This document shows, piece by piece, positions 34,401-49,400 of a stretch of 64,000 nt of DNA. The translations under genes were made by a program, and so were the position numbers. Under the pieces are notes generated by a model that saw nothing but the letters and a program-made list of their open reading frames with translations, did not search any database and was not told the DNA's origin. This DNA is from Strigamia acuminata (taxonomy: Eukaryota). The stretch is taken from positions 1 to 64,000 of the forward strand of contig OX442314.1 in the NCBI GenBank assembly GCA_949358305.1, written 5' to 3'. Within the stretch, counting starts at the first letter, position 1, and every line of letters starts with the position of its first letter.

Positions 34401-37400
34401 CAAAATGCTGTTTTGGCGGATAAAAAGCGGATAAAAAGTCCTCAGAGCCCTCAGAGCCCTCAGACTCAGAGCCCTCAGAGCCCTCAGAGCCCTCAGAGCC
34501 CTCAGAGCCCTCAGAGCCCTCAGAGCCCTCAGACTCAGAGTCCTCAGAGCCCTCAGTCCGCTCAGAGCTTTCAGAGCCCTCAAAGCCCTCAGAGCCCTCA
34601 GACTCAGAGCTCTCAGACTCAGAGCCCTCAGAGCTCTCAGAGCCCTCAGACTCAGAGCCCTCAGACTCAGAGCCCTCAGACTCAGAGCCCTCAGACTCAG
34701 AGCCCTCAGACTCATAGCCCTCAGACTCAGAGCCCTCAGAAGTCTCAGAGCCCTCAGAAGTCTCAGAGCCCTCAGAAGTCTCAGAGCCCTCAGAGCCCTC
34801 AGAGCCCTCAGAGCCTCAAAAAACGCTGTATTTTATGCCAAAAAATGCTGTATTTTATGCCAAAAAATGCTGTATTTTATGCCAAAAAATGCTGTATTTT
34901 ATGCCAAAAAATGCTGTATTTTATGCCAAAAAATGCTGTATTTTATGCCAAAAAATGCTGTATTTTATGCCAAAAAATGCTGTATTTTATGCCAAAAAAT
35001 GCTGTATTTTATGCCAAAAAATGCTGTATTTTATGCCAAAAAATGCTGTATTTTATGCAAAAAAATGCTGTATTTTATGCAAAAAAATGCTGTATTTTAT
35101 GCCAAAAAATACTGTTTTTGTGCATAATAAGACTTTGTTTTTTGAAGAAATGTATTTTATACCAAAAAATGCTGTTTCGGTGCATTAAAAGCGTTTGTTT
35201 TTATGAGAAAAAATATTTTCTGCCTTCAAAATGCTGTTTTGGCGGATAAAAAGCGTTTGTTTTAATGAGAGAAAATATTTTATGCCTCCAGAATGCTATT
35301 TTGATAAATAAAAAGAGTTTGTTTTTGCGAATAAATGTATTTTATGTCAAAAAATGCTGTTTTTGCACATAAAAAGACTTTGTTTTTTGAAGAAATGTAT
35401 TTTATACCAAAAAATGCTGTTTCGGTGCATTAAAAGCGTTTGTTTTTATGAGAAAAAATATTTTCTGCCTTCAAAATGCTGTTTTGGCGGATAAAAAGCG
35501 GATAAAAAGTCCTCAGAGCCCTCAGAGCCCTCAGACTCAGAGCCCTCAGAGCCCTCAGAGCCCTCAGAGCCCTCAGAGCCCTCAGAGCCCTCAGAGCCCT
35601 CAGACTCAGAGTCCTCAGAGCCCTCAGTCCGCTCAGAGCTTTCAGAGCCCTTAAAGCCCTCAGAGCCCTCAGACTCAGAGCCCTCAGACTCAGAGCCCTC
35701 AGAGCCCTCAGAGCTTTCAGACTCAGAGCCCTCAGACTCAGAGCCCTCAGACTCAGAGCCCTCAGACTCAGAGCCCTCAGACTCAGAGCCCTCAGACTCA
35801 GAGCCCTCAGACTCAGAGCCCTCAGAAGTCTCAGAGCCCTCAGAAGTCTCAGAGCCCTCAGAGCCCTCAGAGCCCTCGGAGCCTCAAAAAACGCTGTATT
35901 TTATGCCAAAAAATGCTGTATTTTATGCCAAAAAATGCTGTATTTTATGCCAAAAAATGCTGTATTTTATGCCAAAAAATGCTGTATTTTATGCCAAAAA
36001 ATGCTGTATTTTATGCCAAAAAATGCTGTATTTTATGCCAAAAAATGCTGTATTTTATGCCAAAAAATGCTGTATTTTATGCCAAAAAATGCTGTATTTT
36101 ATGCCAAAAAACGCTGTATTTTATGCCAAAAAATGCTGTATTTTATGCCAAAAAATGCTGTATTTTATGCCAAAAAATGCTGTATTTTATGCAAAAAAAT
36201 GCTGTATTTTATGCAAAAAAATGCTGTATTTTATGCAAAAAAATGCTGTATTTTATGCCAAAAAATACTGTTTTTGTGCATAATAAGACTTTGTTTTTTG
36301 AAGAAATGTATTTTATACCAAAAAATGCTGTTTCGGTGCATTAAAAGCGTTTGTTTTTATGAGAAAAAATATTTTCTGCCTTCAAAATGCTGTTTTGGCG
36401 GATAAAAAGCGTTTGTTTTAATGAGAGAAAATATTTTATGCCTCCAGAATGCTATTTTGATGAATAAAAAGAGTTTGTTTTTGCGAATAAATGTATTTTA
36501 TGTCAAAAAATGCTGTTTTTGCGCATAAAAAGACTTTGTTTTTTGAAGAAATGTATTTTATACCAAAAAATGCTGTTTCGGTGCATTAAAAGCGTTTGTT
36601 TTTATGAGAAAAAATATTTTCTGCCTTCAAAATGCTGTTTTGGCGGATAAAAAGCGGATAAAAAGTCCTCAGAGCCCTCAGAGCCCTCAGACTCAGAGCC
36701 CTCAGAGCCCTCAGAGCCCTCAGAGCCCTCAGAGCCCTCAGAGCCCTCAGAGCCCTCAGACTCAGAGTCCTCAGAGCCCTCAGTCCGCTCAGAGCTTTCA
36801 GAGCCCTCAAAGCCCTCAGAGCCCTCAGACTCAGAGCTCTCAGACTCAGAGCCCTCAGAGCCCTCAGAGCTTTCAGACTCAGAGCCCTCAGACTCAGAGC
36901 CCTCAGACTCAGAGCCCTCAGACTCAGAGCCCTCAGACTCAGAGCCCTCAGACTCAGAGCCCTCAGACTCAGAGCCCTCAGAAGTCTCAGAGCTCTCAGA
37001 AGTCTCAGAGCCCTCAGAGCCCTCAGAGCCCTCAGAGCCTCAAAAAACGCTGTATTTTATGCCAAAAAATGCTGTATTTTATGCCAAAAAATGCTGTATT
37101 TTATGCCAAAAAATGCTGTATTTTATGCCAAAAAATGCTGTATTTTATGCCAAAAAATGCTGTATTTTATGCCAAAAAATGCTGTATTTTATGCCAAAAA
37201 ATGCTGTATTTTATGCCAAAAAATGCTGTATTTTATGCCAAAAAATGCTGTATTTTATGCCAAAAAATGCTGTATTTTATGCCAAAAAATGCTGTATTTT
37301 ATGCCAAAAATGCTGTATTTTATGCAAAAAAATGCTGTATTTTATGCAAAAAAATGCTGTATTTTATGCCAAAAAATACTGTTTTTGTGCATAATAAGAC

Positions 37401-40400
37401 TGTTTTTTGAAGAAATGTATTTTATACCAAAAAATGCTGTTTCGGTGCATTAAAAGCGTTTGTTTTTATGAGAAAAAATATTTTCTGCCTTCAAAATGCT
37501 GTTTTGGCGGATAAAAAGCGTTTGTTTTATGAGAAAAAATATTTTAAGCTCTCAGTGCCCTCAGAGCCCTCAGAGCCCTCAGAGCCCTCAGAGCCCTCAG
37601 AGCCCTCAGAGCTCTCAGAGCCCTCAGAGCCCTCAGAGCCCTCAGAGCCCTCAGAGCCCTCAGAGCCCTCAGAGCCCTCAGAGCCCTCAGAGCCCTCAGA
37701 GCTTTCAGAGCCCTCAGAGCCCTCAGAGCTCTCAGAGCCCTCACACCTCTCAGAGCCTTCAGAGCCCTCAGAGCCTTCAGAGCTCTCAGTGCCCTCAAAG
37801 CCCTCAGAGCCCTCAGAGCCCTCAGAGCCCTCAGAGCCCTCAGAGTCCTCAGAGCCCTCAGAGCCCTCAGACTCAGAGCCCTCAGAGCCCTCAGAGCCCT
37901 CAGAGCCCTCAGAGCCCTCAGAGCCCTCAGAGCCCTCAGAGCCCTCAGAGCCCTCAGAGCCCTCAGACTCAGAGTCCTCAGAGCCCTCAGTCCGCTCAGA
38001 GCTTTCAGAGCCCTCAAAGCCCTCAGAGCCCTCAGACTCAGAGCCCTCAGAGCCCTCAGAGCTTTCAGACTCAGAGCCCTCAGACTCAGAGCCCTCAGAC
38101 TCAGAGCCCTCAGACTCAGAGCCCTCAGACTCAGAGCCCTCAGACTCATAGCCCTCAGACTCAGAGCCCTCAGAAGTCTCAGAGCCCTCAGAAGTCTCAG
38201 AGCCCTCAGAGCCCTCAGAGCCCTCAGAGCCTCAAAAAACGCTGTATTTTATGCCAAAAAATGCTGTATTTTATGCCAAAAAATGCTGTATTTTATGCCA
38301 AAAAATGCTGTATTTTATGCCAAAAAATGCTGTATTTTATGCCAAAAAATGCTGTATTTTATGCCAAAAAATGCTGTATTTTATGCCAAAAAATGCTGTA
38401 TTTTATGCCAAAAAATGCTGTATTTTATGCCAAAAAATGCTGTATTTTATGCCAAAAAATGCTGTATTTTATGCCAAAAAATGCTGTATTTTATGCAAAA
38501 AAATGCTGTATTTTATGCAAAAAAATGCTGTATTTTATGCCAAAAAAATACTGTTTTTGTGCATAATAAGACTTTGTTTTTTGAAGAAATGTATTTTATA
38601 TCAAAAAATGCTGTTTCGGTGCATTAAAAGCGTTTGTTTTTATGAGAAAAAATATTTTATGCCTCCAGAATGCTATTTTGATGAATAAAAAGAGTTTGTT
38701 TTTGCGAATAAATGTATTTTATGTCAAAAAATGCTGTTTTTGCACATAAAAAGACTTTGTTTTTTGAAGAAATGTATTTTATACCAAAAAATGCTGTTTC
38801 GGTGCATTAAAAGCGTTTGTTTTTATGAGAAAAAATATTTTCTGCCTTCAAAATGCTGTTTTGGCGGATAAAAAGCGTTTGTTTTATGAGAAAAAATATT
38901 TTAAGCTCTCAGTGCCCTCAGAGCCCTCAGAGCCCTCAGAGCCCTTAGAGCTCTCAGAGCCCTCAGAGCCCTCAGAACCCTCAGAGCCCTCAGAGCCCTC
39001 AGAGCCCTCAGACTCAGAGCCCTCAGACTCAGAGCCCTCAGACTCAGAGCCCTCAGACTCAGAGCCCTCAGACTCAGAGCCCTCAGACTCAGAGCCCTCA
39101 GAAGTCTCAGAGCCCTCAGAGCCCTCAGACTCAGAGCCCTCAGAGCCCTCAGAGCCCTCAGAGCCCTCAGAGCCCTCAGAGCCCTCAGAGCCCTCAGAGC
39201 CCTCAGTCCGCTCAGAGCTTTCAGAGCCCTCAAAGCCCTCAGAGCCCTCAGACTCAGAGCCCTCAGAGCCCTCAGAGCTTTCAGACTCAGAGCCCTCAGA
39301 CTCAGAGCCCTCAGACTCAGAGCCCTCAGAAGTCTCAGAGCCCTCAGAAGTCTCAGAGCCCTCAGAAGTCTCAGAGCCCTCAGAGCCCTCAGAGCCCTCA
39401 GAGCCTCAAAAAAAGCTGTATTTTATGCCAAAAAATGCTGTATTTTATGCCAAAAAATGCTGTATTTTATGCCAAAAAATGCTGTATTTTATGCCAAAAA
39501 ATGCTGTATTTTATGCCAAGAAATGCTGTATTTTATGCCAAAAAATGCTGTATTTTATGCCAAAAAATGCTGTATTTTATGCCAAAAAATGCTGTAATTT
39601 ATGCCAAAAAATGCTGTATTTTATGCAAAAAAATGCTGTATTTTATGCAAAAAAATGCTGTATTTTATGCCAAAAAATACTGTTTTTGTGCATAAAAAGA
39701 CTTTGTTTTTTGAAGAAATGTATTTTATACCAAAAAATGCTGTTTCGGTGCATTAAAAGCGTTTGTTTTTATGAGAAAAAATATTTTCTGCCTTCAAAAT
39801 GCTGTTTTGGCGGATAAAAAGCGTTTGTTTTAATGAGAGAAAATATTTTATGCCTCCAGAATGCTATTTTGATGAATAAAAAGAGTTTGTTTTTGCGAAT
39901 AAATGTATTTTATGTCAAAAAATGCTGTTTTTGCACATAAAAAGACTTTGTTTTTTGAAGAAATGTATTTTATACCAAAAAATGCTGTTTCGGTGCATTA
40001 AAAGCGTTTGTTTTTATGAGAAAAAATATTTTCTGCCTTCAAAATGCTGTTTTGGCGGATAAAAAGCGGATAAAAAGTCCTCAGAGCCCTCAGAGCCCTC
40101 AGACTCAGAGCCCTCAGAGCCCTCAGAGCCCTCAGAGCCCTCAGAGCCCTCAGAGCCCTCAGAGCCCTCAGACTCAGAGTCCTCAGAGCCCTCAGTCCGC
40201 TCAGAGCTTTCAGAGCCCTTAAAGCCCTCAGAGCCCTCAGACTCAGAGCCCTCAGACTCAGAGCCCTCAGAGCCCTCAGAGCTTTCAGACTCAGAGCCCT
40301 CAGACTCAGAGCCCTCAGACTCAGAGCCCTCAGACTCAGAGCCCTCAGACTCAGAGCCCTCAGACTCAGAGCCCTCAGACTCAGAGCCCTCAGAAGTCTC

Positions 40401-43400
40401 AGAGCCCTCAGAAGTCTCAGAGCCCTCAGAGCCCTCAGAGCCCTCGGAGCCTCAAAAAACGCTGTATTTTATGCCAAAAAATGCTGTATTTTATGCCAAA
40501 AAATGCTGTATTTTATGCCAAAAAATGCTGTATTTTATGCCAAAAAATGCTGTATTTTATGCCAAAAAATGCTGTTTTTTATGCCAAAAAATGCTGTATT
40601 TTATGCCAAAAAATGCTGTATTTTATGCCAAAAAATGCTGTATTTTATGCCAAAAAATGCTGTATTTTATGCCAAAAAATGCTGTATTTTATGCCAAAAA
40701 ACGCTGTATTTTATGCCAAAAAATGCTGTATTTTATGCCAAAAAATGCTGTATTTTATGCAAAAAAATGCTGTATTTTATGCAAAAAAATGCTGTATTTT
40801 ATGCAAAAAAATGCTGTATTTTATGCAAAAAAATGCTGTATTTTATGCCAAAAAATACTGTTTTTGTGCATAATAAGACTTTGTTTTTTGAAGAAATGTA
40901 TTTTATACCAAAAAATGCTGTTTCGGTGCATTAAAAGCGTTTGTTTTTATGAGAAAAAATATTTTCTGCCTTCAAAATGCTGTTTTGGCGGATAAAAAGC
41001 GTTTGTTTTAATGAGAGAAAATATTTTATACCTCCAGAATGCTATTTTGATGAATAAAAAGAGTTTGTTTTTGCGAATGAATGTATTTTATGTCAAAAAA
41101 TGCTGTTTTTGCGCATAAAAAGACTTTGTTTTTTGAAGAAATGTATTTTATACCAAAAAATGCTGTTTCGGTGCATTAAAAGCGTTTGTTTTTATGAGAA
41201 AAAATATTTTCTGCCTTCAAAATGCTGTTTTGGCGGATAAAAAGCGGATAAAAAGTCCTCAGAGCCCTCAGAGCCCTCAGACTCAGAGCCCTCAGAGCCC
41301 TCAGAGCCCTCAGAGCCCTCAGAGCCCTCAGAGCCCTCAGAGCCCTCAGACTCAGAGTCCTCAGAGCCCTCAGTCCGCTCAGAGCTTTCCTCAGAGCCCT
41401 CAGACTCAGAGCTCTCAGACTCAGAGCCCTCAGAGCCCTCAGAGCTTTCAGACTCAGAGCCCTCAGACTCAGAGCCCTCAGACTCAGAGCCCTCAGACTC
41501 AGAGCCCTCAGACTCAGAGCCCTCAGACTCAGAGCCCTCAGAAGTCTCAGAGCTCTCAGAAGTCTCAGAGCCCTCAGAGCCCTCAGAGCCCTCAGAGCCT
41601 CAAAAAACGCTGTATTTTATGCCAAAAAATGCTGTATTTTATGCCAAAAAATGCTGTATTTTATGCCAAAAAATGCTGTATTTTATGCCAAAAAATGCTG
41701 TATTTTATGCCAAAAAATGCTGTATTTTATGCCAAAAAATGCTGTATTTTATGCCAAAAAATGCTGTATTTTATGCCAAAAAATGCTGTATTTTATGCCA
41801 AAAAATGCTGTATTTTATGCCAAAAAATGCTGTATTTTATGCCAAAAAATGCTGTATTTTATGCCAAAAATGCTGTATTTTATGCAAAAAAATGCTGTAT
41901 TTTATGCAAAAAAATGCTGTATTTTATGCCAAAAAATACTGTTTTTGTGCATAATAAGACTGTTTTTTGAAGAAATGTATTTTATACCAAAAAATGCTGT
42001 TTCGGTGCATTAAAAGCGTTTGTTTTTATGAGAAAAAATATTTTCTGCCTTCAAAATGCTGTTTTGGCGGATAAAAAGCGTTTGTTTTATGAGAAAAAAT
42101 ATTTTAAGCTCTCAGTGCCCTCAGAGCCCTCAGAGCCCTCAGAGCCCTCAGAGCCCTCAGAGCCCTCAGAGCCCTCAGAGCCCTCAGAGCCCTCAGAGCC
42201 CTCAGAGCCCTCAGAGCTTTCAGAGCCCTCAAAGCCCTCAGAGCCCTCAGACTCAGAGCCCTCAGAGCCCTCAGAGCCCTCAGAGCCCTCAGTCCGCTCA
42301 GAGCTTTCAGAGCCCTCAAAGCCCTCAGAGCCCTCAGACTCAGAGCCCTCAGAGCCCTCAGAGCTTTCAGACTCAGAGCCCTCAGACTCAGAGCCCTCAG
42401 ACTCAGAGCCCTCAGACTCAGAGCCCTCAGACTCAGAGCCCTCAGACTCATAGCCCTCAGACTCAGAGCCCTCAGAAGTCTCAGAGCCCTCAGAAGTCTC
42501 AGAGCCCTCAGAGCCCTCAGAGCCCTCAGAGCCTCAAAAAACGCTGTATTTTATGCCAAAAAATGCTGTATTTTATGCCAAAAAATGCTGTATTTTATGC
42601 CAAAAAATGCTGTATTTTATGCCAAAAAATGCTGTATTTTATGCCAAAAAATGCTGTATTTTATGCCAAAAAATGCTGTATTTTATGCCAAAAAATGCTG
42701 TATTTTATGCCAAAAAATGCTGTATTTTATGCCAAAAAATGCTGTATTTTATGCAAAAAAATGCTGTATTTTATGCAAAAAAATGCTGTATTTTATGCCA
42801 AAAAATACTGTTTTTGTGCATAATAAGACTTTGTTTTTTGAAGAAATGTATTTTATACCAAAAAATGCTGTTTCGGTGCATTAAAAGCGTTTGTTTTTAT
42901 GAGAAAAAATATTTTCTGCCTTCAAAATGCTGTTTTGGCGGATAAAAAGCGTTTGTTTTAATGAGAGAAAATATTTTATGCCTCCAGAATGCTATTTTGA
43001 TGAATAAAAAGAGTTTGTTTTTGCGAATAAATGTATTTTATGTCAAAAAATGCTGTTTTTGCACATAAAAAGACTTTGTTTTTTGAAGAAATGTATTTTA
43101 TACCAAAAAATGCTGTTTCGGTGCATTAAAAGCGTTTGTTTTTATGAGAAAAAATATTTTCTGCCTTCAAAATGCTGTTTTGGCGGATAAAAAGCGGATA
43201 AAAAGTCCTCAGAGCCCTCAGAGCCCTCAGACTCAGAGCCCTCAGAGCCCTCAGAGCCCTCAGAGCCCTCAGAGCCCTCAGACTCAGAGTCCTCAGAGCC
43301 CTCAGTCCGCTCAGAGCTTTCAGAGCCCTTAAAGCCCTCAGAGCCCTCAGACTCAGAGCCCTCAGACTCAGAGCCCTCAGAGCCCTCAGACTCAGAGCCC

Positions 43401-46400
43401 TCAGACTCAGAGCCCTCAGACTCAGAGCCCTCAGACTCAGAGCCCTCAGACTCAGAGCCCTCAGACTCAGAGCCCTCAGAAGTCTCAGAGCCCTCAGAAG
43501 TCTCAGAGCCCTCAGAGCCCTCAGAGCCCTCGGAGCCTCAAAAAACGCTGTATTTTATGCCAAAAAATGCTGTATTTTATGCCAAAAAATGCTGTATTTT
43601 ATGCCAAAAAATGCTGTATTTTATGCCAAAAAATGCTGTATTTTATGCCAAAAAATGCTGTATTTTATGCCAAAAAATGCTGTATTTTATGCCAAAAAAT
43701 GCTGTATTTTATGCCAAAAAATGCTGTATTTTATGCCAAAAAATGCTGTATTTTATGCCAAAAAACGCTGTATTTTATGCCAAAAAACGCTGTATTTTAT
43801 GCCAAAAAACGCTGTATTTTATGCCAAAAAATGCTGTATTTTATGCCAAAAAATGCTGTATTTTATGCCAAAAAATGCTGTATTTTATGCCAAAAAATGC
43901 TGTATTTTATGCCAAAAAATGCTGTATTTTATGCCAAAAAATGCTGTATTTTATGCCAAAAAATGCTGTATTTTATGCCAAAAATGCTGTATTTTATGCA
44001 AAAAAATGCTGTATTTTATGCCAAAAAATGCTGTATTTTATGCCAAAAAATGCTGTATTTTATGCCAAAAAATGCTGTATTTTATGCCAAAAAATGCTGT
44101 ATTTTGTGCCAAAAAATGCTGTATTTTATGCCAAAAAATGCTGTATTTTATGCCAAAAAATGCTGTATTTTATGCCAAAAAATGCTGTATTTTATGCCAA
44201 AAAATGCTGTATTTTATGCCAAAAAACGCTGTATTTTATGCCAAAAAATGCTGTATTTTATGCCAAAAAATGCTGTATTTTATGCCAAAAAATGCTGTAT
44301 TTTATGCAAAAAAATGCTGTATTTTATGCAAAAAAATGCTGTATTTTATGCAAAAAAATGCTGTATTTTATGCCAAAAAATACTGTTTTTGTGCATAATA
44401 AGACTTTGTTTTTTGAAGAAATGTATTTTATACCAAAAAATGCTGTTTCGGTGCATTAAAAGCGTTTGTTTTTATGAGAAAAAATATTTTCTGCCTTCAA
44501 AATGCTGTTTTGGCGGATAAAAAGCGTTTGTTTTAATGAGAGAAAATATTTTATGCCTCCAGAATGCTATTTTGATGAATAAAAAGAGTTTGTTTTTGCG
44601 AATAAATGTATTTTATGTCAAAAAATGCTGTTTTTGCGCATAAAAGAACTTTGTTTTTTGAAGAAATGTATTTTATACCAAAAAATGCTGTTTCGGTGCA
44701 TTAAAAGCGTTTGTTTTTATGAGAAAAAATATTTTCTGCCTTCAAAATGCTGTTTTGGCGGATAAAAAGCGGATAAAAAGTCCTCAGAGCCCTCAGAGCC
44801 CTCAGACTCAGAGCCCTCAGAGCCCTCAGAGCCCTCAGAACCCTCAGAGCCCTCAGAGCCCTCAGAGCCCTCAGACTCAGAGTCCTCAGAGCCCTCAGTC
44901 CGCTCAGAGCTTTCAGAGCCCTCAAAGCCCTCAGAGCCCTCAGACTCAGAGCTCTCAGACTCAGAGCCCTCAGAGCCCTCAGAGCTTTCAGACTCAGAGC
45001 CCTCAGACTCAGAGCCCTCAGACTCAGAGCCCTCAGACTCAGAGCCCTCAGACTCAGAGCCCTCAGACTCAGAGCCCTCAGAAGTCTCAGAGCTCTCAGA
45101 AGTCTCAGAGCCCTCAGAGCCCTCAGAGCCCTCAGAGCCTCAAAAAACGCTGTATTTTATGCCAAAAAATGCTGTATTTTATGCCAAAAAATGCTGTATT
45201 TTATGCCAAAAAATGCTGTATTTTATGCCAAAAAATGCTGTATTTTATGCCAAAAAATGCTGTATTTTATGCCAAAAAATGCTGTATTTTATGCCAAAAA
45301 ATGCTGTATTTTATGCCAAAAAATGCTGTATTTTATGCCAAAAAATGCTGTATTTTATGCCAAAAAATGCTGTATTTTATGCCAAAAATGCTGTATTTTA
45401 TGCAAAAAAATGCTGTATTTTATGCAAAAAAATGCTGTATTTTATGCCAAAAAATACTGTTTTTGTGCATAATAAGACTGTTTTTTGAAGAAATGTATTT
45501 TATACCAAAAAATGCTGTTTCGGTGCATTAAAAGCGTTTGTTTTTATGAGAAAAAATATTTTCTGCCTTCAAAATGCTGTTTTGGCGGATAAAAAGCGTT
45601 TGTTTTATGAGAAAAAATATTTTAAGCTCTCAGTGCCCTCAGAGCCCTCAGAGCCCTCAGAGCCCTCAGAGCCCTCAGAGCCCTCAGAGCCCTCAGAGCC
45701 CTCAGAGCCCTCAGAGCCCTCAGAGCCCTCAGAGCTTTCAGAGCCCTCAAAGCCCTCAGAGCCCTCAGACTCAGAGCCCTCAGAGCCCTCAGAGCCCTCA
45801 GAGCCCTCAGTCCGCTCAGAGCTTTCAGAGCCCTCAAAGCCCTCAGAGCCCTCAGACTCAGAGCCCTCAGAGCCCTCAGAGCTTTCAGACTCAGAGCCCT
45901 CAGACTCAGAGCCCTCAGACTCAGAGCCCTCAGACTCAGAGCCCTCAGACTCAGAGCCCTCAGACTCATAGCCCTCAGACTCAGAGCCCTCAGAAGTCTC
46001 AGAGCCCTCAGAAGTCTCAGAGCCCTCAGAGCCCTCAGAGCCCTCAGAGCCTCAAAAAACGCTGTATTTTATGCCAAAAAATGCTGTATTTTATGCCAAA
46101 AAATGCTGTATTTTATGCCAAAAAATGCTGTATTTTATGCCAAAAAATGCTGTATTTTATGCCAAAAAATGCTGTATTTTATGCCAAAAAATGCTGTATT
46201 TTATGCCAAAAAATGCTGTATTTTATGCCAAAAAATGCTGTATTTTATGCCAAAAAATGCTGTATTTTATGCCAAAAAATGCTGTATTTTATGCCAAAAA
46301 ATGCTGTATTTTATGCCAAAAAATGCTGTATTTTATGCCAAAAAATGCTGTATTTTATGCCAAAAAATGCTGTATTTTATGCCAAAAAATGCTGTATTTT

Positions 46401-49400
46401 ATGCCAAAAAATGCTGTATTTTATGCCAAAAAATGCTGTATTTTATGCCAAAAAATGCTGTATTTTATGCCAAAAATGCTGTATTTTATGCAAAAAAATG
46501 CTGTATTTTATGCAAAAAAATGCTGTATTTTATGCCAAAAAATACTGTTTTTGTGCATAATAAGACTTTGTTTTAATGAGAGAAAATATTTTATGCCTCC
46601 AGAATGCTATTTTGATGAATAAAAAGAGTTTGTTTTTGCGAATAAATGTATTTCATGTCAAAAAATGCTGTTTTTGCGCATAAAAAGACTTTGTTTTTTG
46701 AAGAAATGTATTTTATACCAAAATATGCTGTTTCGGTGCATTAAAAGCGTTTGTTTTTATGAGGGAAAGTATTTTATGCCTAAAAAATGCTTATTTTGTA
46801 CATAAAAAGCATTTGTTTTATGAGAAAAAATATTTTAAGCTCTCAGTGCCCTCAGAGCCCTCAGAGCCCTCAGAGCCCTCAGAGCCCTCAGAGCCCTCAG
46901 AGCCCTCAGAGCCCTCAGAGCCCTCAGAGCCCTCAGAGCCCTCAGAGCCGTCAGAGCCCTCAGAGCCCTCAGAGCTTTCAGAGCCCTCAGAGCCCTCAGA
47001 GCTCTCAGAGCCCTCACACCTCTCAGAGCTTTCAGAGCCCTCAGAGCCCTCAGAGCCCTCAGAGCCCTCAGAGCCCTCAGACTCAGAGCCCTCAGAGCCC
47101 TCAGAGCCCTCAGAGCCCTCAGAGCCCTCAGAGCCCTCAGAGCCCTCAGAGCCCTCAGAGCCCTCAGACTCAGAGTCCTCAGAGCCCTCAGTCCGCTCAG
47201 AGCTTTCAGAGCCCTCAAAGCCCTCAGAGCCCTCAGACTCAGAGCCCTCAGAGCCCTCAGAGCTTTCAGACTCAGAGCCCTCAGAAGTCTCAGAGCCCTC
47301 AGAAGTCTCAGAGCCCTCAGAAGTCTCAGAGCCCTCAGAGCCCTCAGAGCCCTCAGAGCCTCAAAAAACGCTGTATTTTATGCCAAAAAATGCTGTATTT
47401 TATGCCAAAAAATGCTGTATTTTATGCCAAAAAATGCTGTATTTTATGCCAAAAAATGCTGTATTTTATGCCAAAAAATGCTGTATTTTATGCCAAAAAA
47501 TGCTGTATTTTATGCCAAAAAATGCTGTATTTTATGCAAAAAAATGCTGTATTTTATGCAAAAAAATGCTGTATTTTATGCCAAAAAATACTGTTTTTGT
47601 GCATAATAAGACTTTGTTTTTTGAAGAAATGTATTTTATACCAAAAAATGCTGTTTCGGTGCATTAAAAGCGTTTGTTTTTATGAGAAAAAATATTTTCT
47701 GCCTTCAAAATGCTGTTTTGGCGGATAAAAAGCGGATAAAAAGTCCTCAGAGCCCTCAGAGCCCTCAGACTCAGAGCCCTCAGAGCCCTCAGAGCCCTCA
47801 GAGCCCTCAGAGCCCTCAGAGCCCTCAGAGCCCTCAGACTCAGAGTCCTCAGAGCCCTCAGTCCGCTCAGAGCTTTCAGAGCCCTCAAAGCCCTCAGAGC
47901 CCTCAGACTCAGAGCCCTCAGACTCAGAGCCCTCAGAGCCCTCAGAGCTTTCAGACTCAGAGCCCTCAGACTCAGAGCCCTCAGACTCAGAGCCCTCAGA
48001 CTCAGAGCCCTCAGACTCAGAGCCCTCAGACTCAGAGCCCTCAGACTCAGAGCCCTCAGACTCAGAGCCCTCAGAAGTCTCAGAGCCCTCAGAAGTCTCA
48101 GAGCCCTCAGAGCCCTCAGAGCCCTCAGAGCCTCAAAAAACGCTGTATTTTATGCCAAAAAATGCTGTATTTTATGCCAAAAAATGCTGTATTTTATGCC
48201 AAAAAATGCTGTATTTTATGCCAAAAAATGCTGTATTTTATGCCAAAAAATGCTGTATTTTATGCCAAAAAATGCTGTATTTTATGCCAAAAAATGCTGT
48301 ATTTTATGCCAAAAAATGCTGTATTTTATGCCAAAAAATGCTGTATTTTATGCCAAAAAATGCTGTATTTTATGCCAAAAATGCTGTATTTTATGCAAAA
48401 AAATGCTGTATTTTATGCAAAAAAATGCTGTATTTTATGCCAAAAAATGCTGTATTTTATGCCAAAAAATACTGTTTTTGTGCATAATAAGACTTTGTTT
48501 TTTGAAGAAATGTATTTTATACCAAAAAATGCTGTTTCGGTGCATTAAAAGCGTTTGTTTTTATGAGAAAAAATATTTTCTGCCTTCAAAATGCTGTTTT
48601 GGCGGATAAAAAGCGTTTGTTTTATGAGAAAAAATATTTTAAGCTCTCAGTGCCCTCAGAGCCCTCAGAGCCCTCAGAGCCCTCAGAGCTCTCAGAGCCC
48701 TCAGAGCCCTCAGAGCCTTCAGAGCCCTCAGAGCCCTCAGAGCCCTCAGAGCCCTCAGAGCCCTCAGAGCTTTCAGAGCCCTCAGAGCCCTCAGAGCTCT
48801 CAGAGCCCTCACACCTCTCAGAGCTTTCAGAGCCCTCAGAGCCCTCAGAGCCTTCAGAGCCCTCAGAGCCCTCAGAGCCCTCAGAGCCCTCAGAGCCCTC
48901 AGAGTCCTCAGAGCCCTCAGAGCCCTCAGAGCCCTCAGAGCCCTCAGAGCCCTCAGAGTCCTCAGAGCCCTCAGAGCCCTCAGACTCAGAGCCCTCAGAG
49001 TCCTCAGAGCCCTCAGAGCCCTCAGAGCCCTCAGACTCAGAGTCCTCAGAGCCCTCAGTCCGCTCAGAGCTTTCAGAGCCCTCAAAGCCCTCAGAGCCCT
49101 CAGACTCAGAGCCCTCAGAGCCCTCAGAGCTTTCAGACTCAGAGCCCTCAGACTCAGAGCCCTCAGACTCAGAGCCCTCAGACTCAGAGCCCTCAGACTC
49201 AGAGCCCTCAGACTCAGAGCCCTCAGACTCAGAGCCCTCAGACTCAGAGCCCTCAGACTCAGAGCCCTCAGACTCAGAGCCCTCAGAAGTCTCAGAGCCC
49301 TCAGAAGTCTCAGAGCCCTCAGAGCCCTCAGAGCCCTCAGAGCCTCAAAAAACGCTGTATTTTATGCCAAAAAATGCTGTATTTTATGTCAAAAAATGCT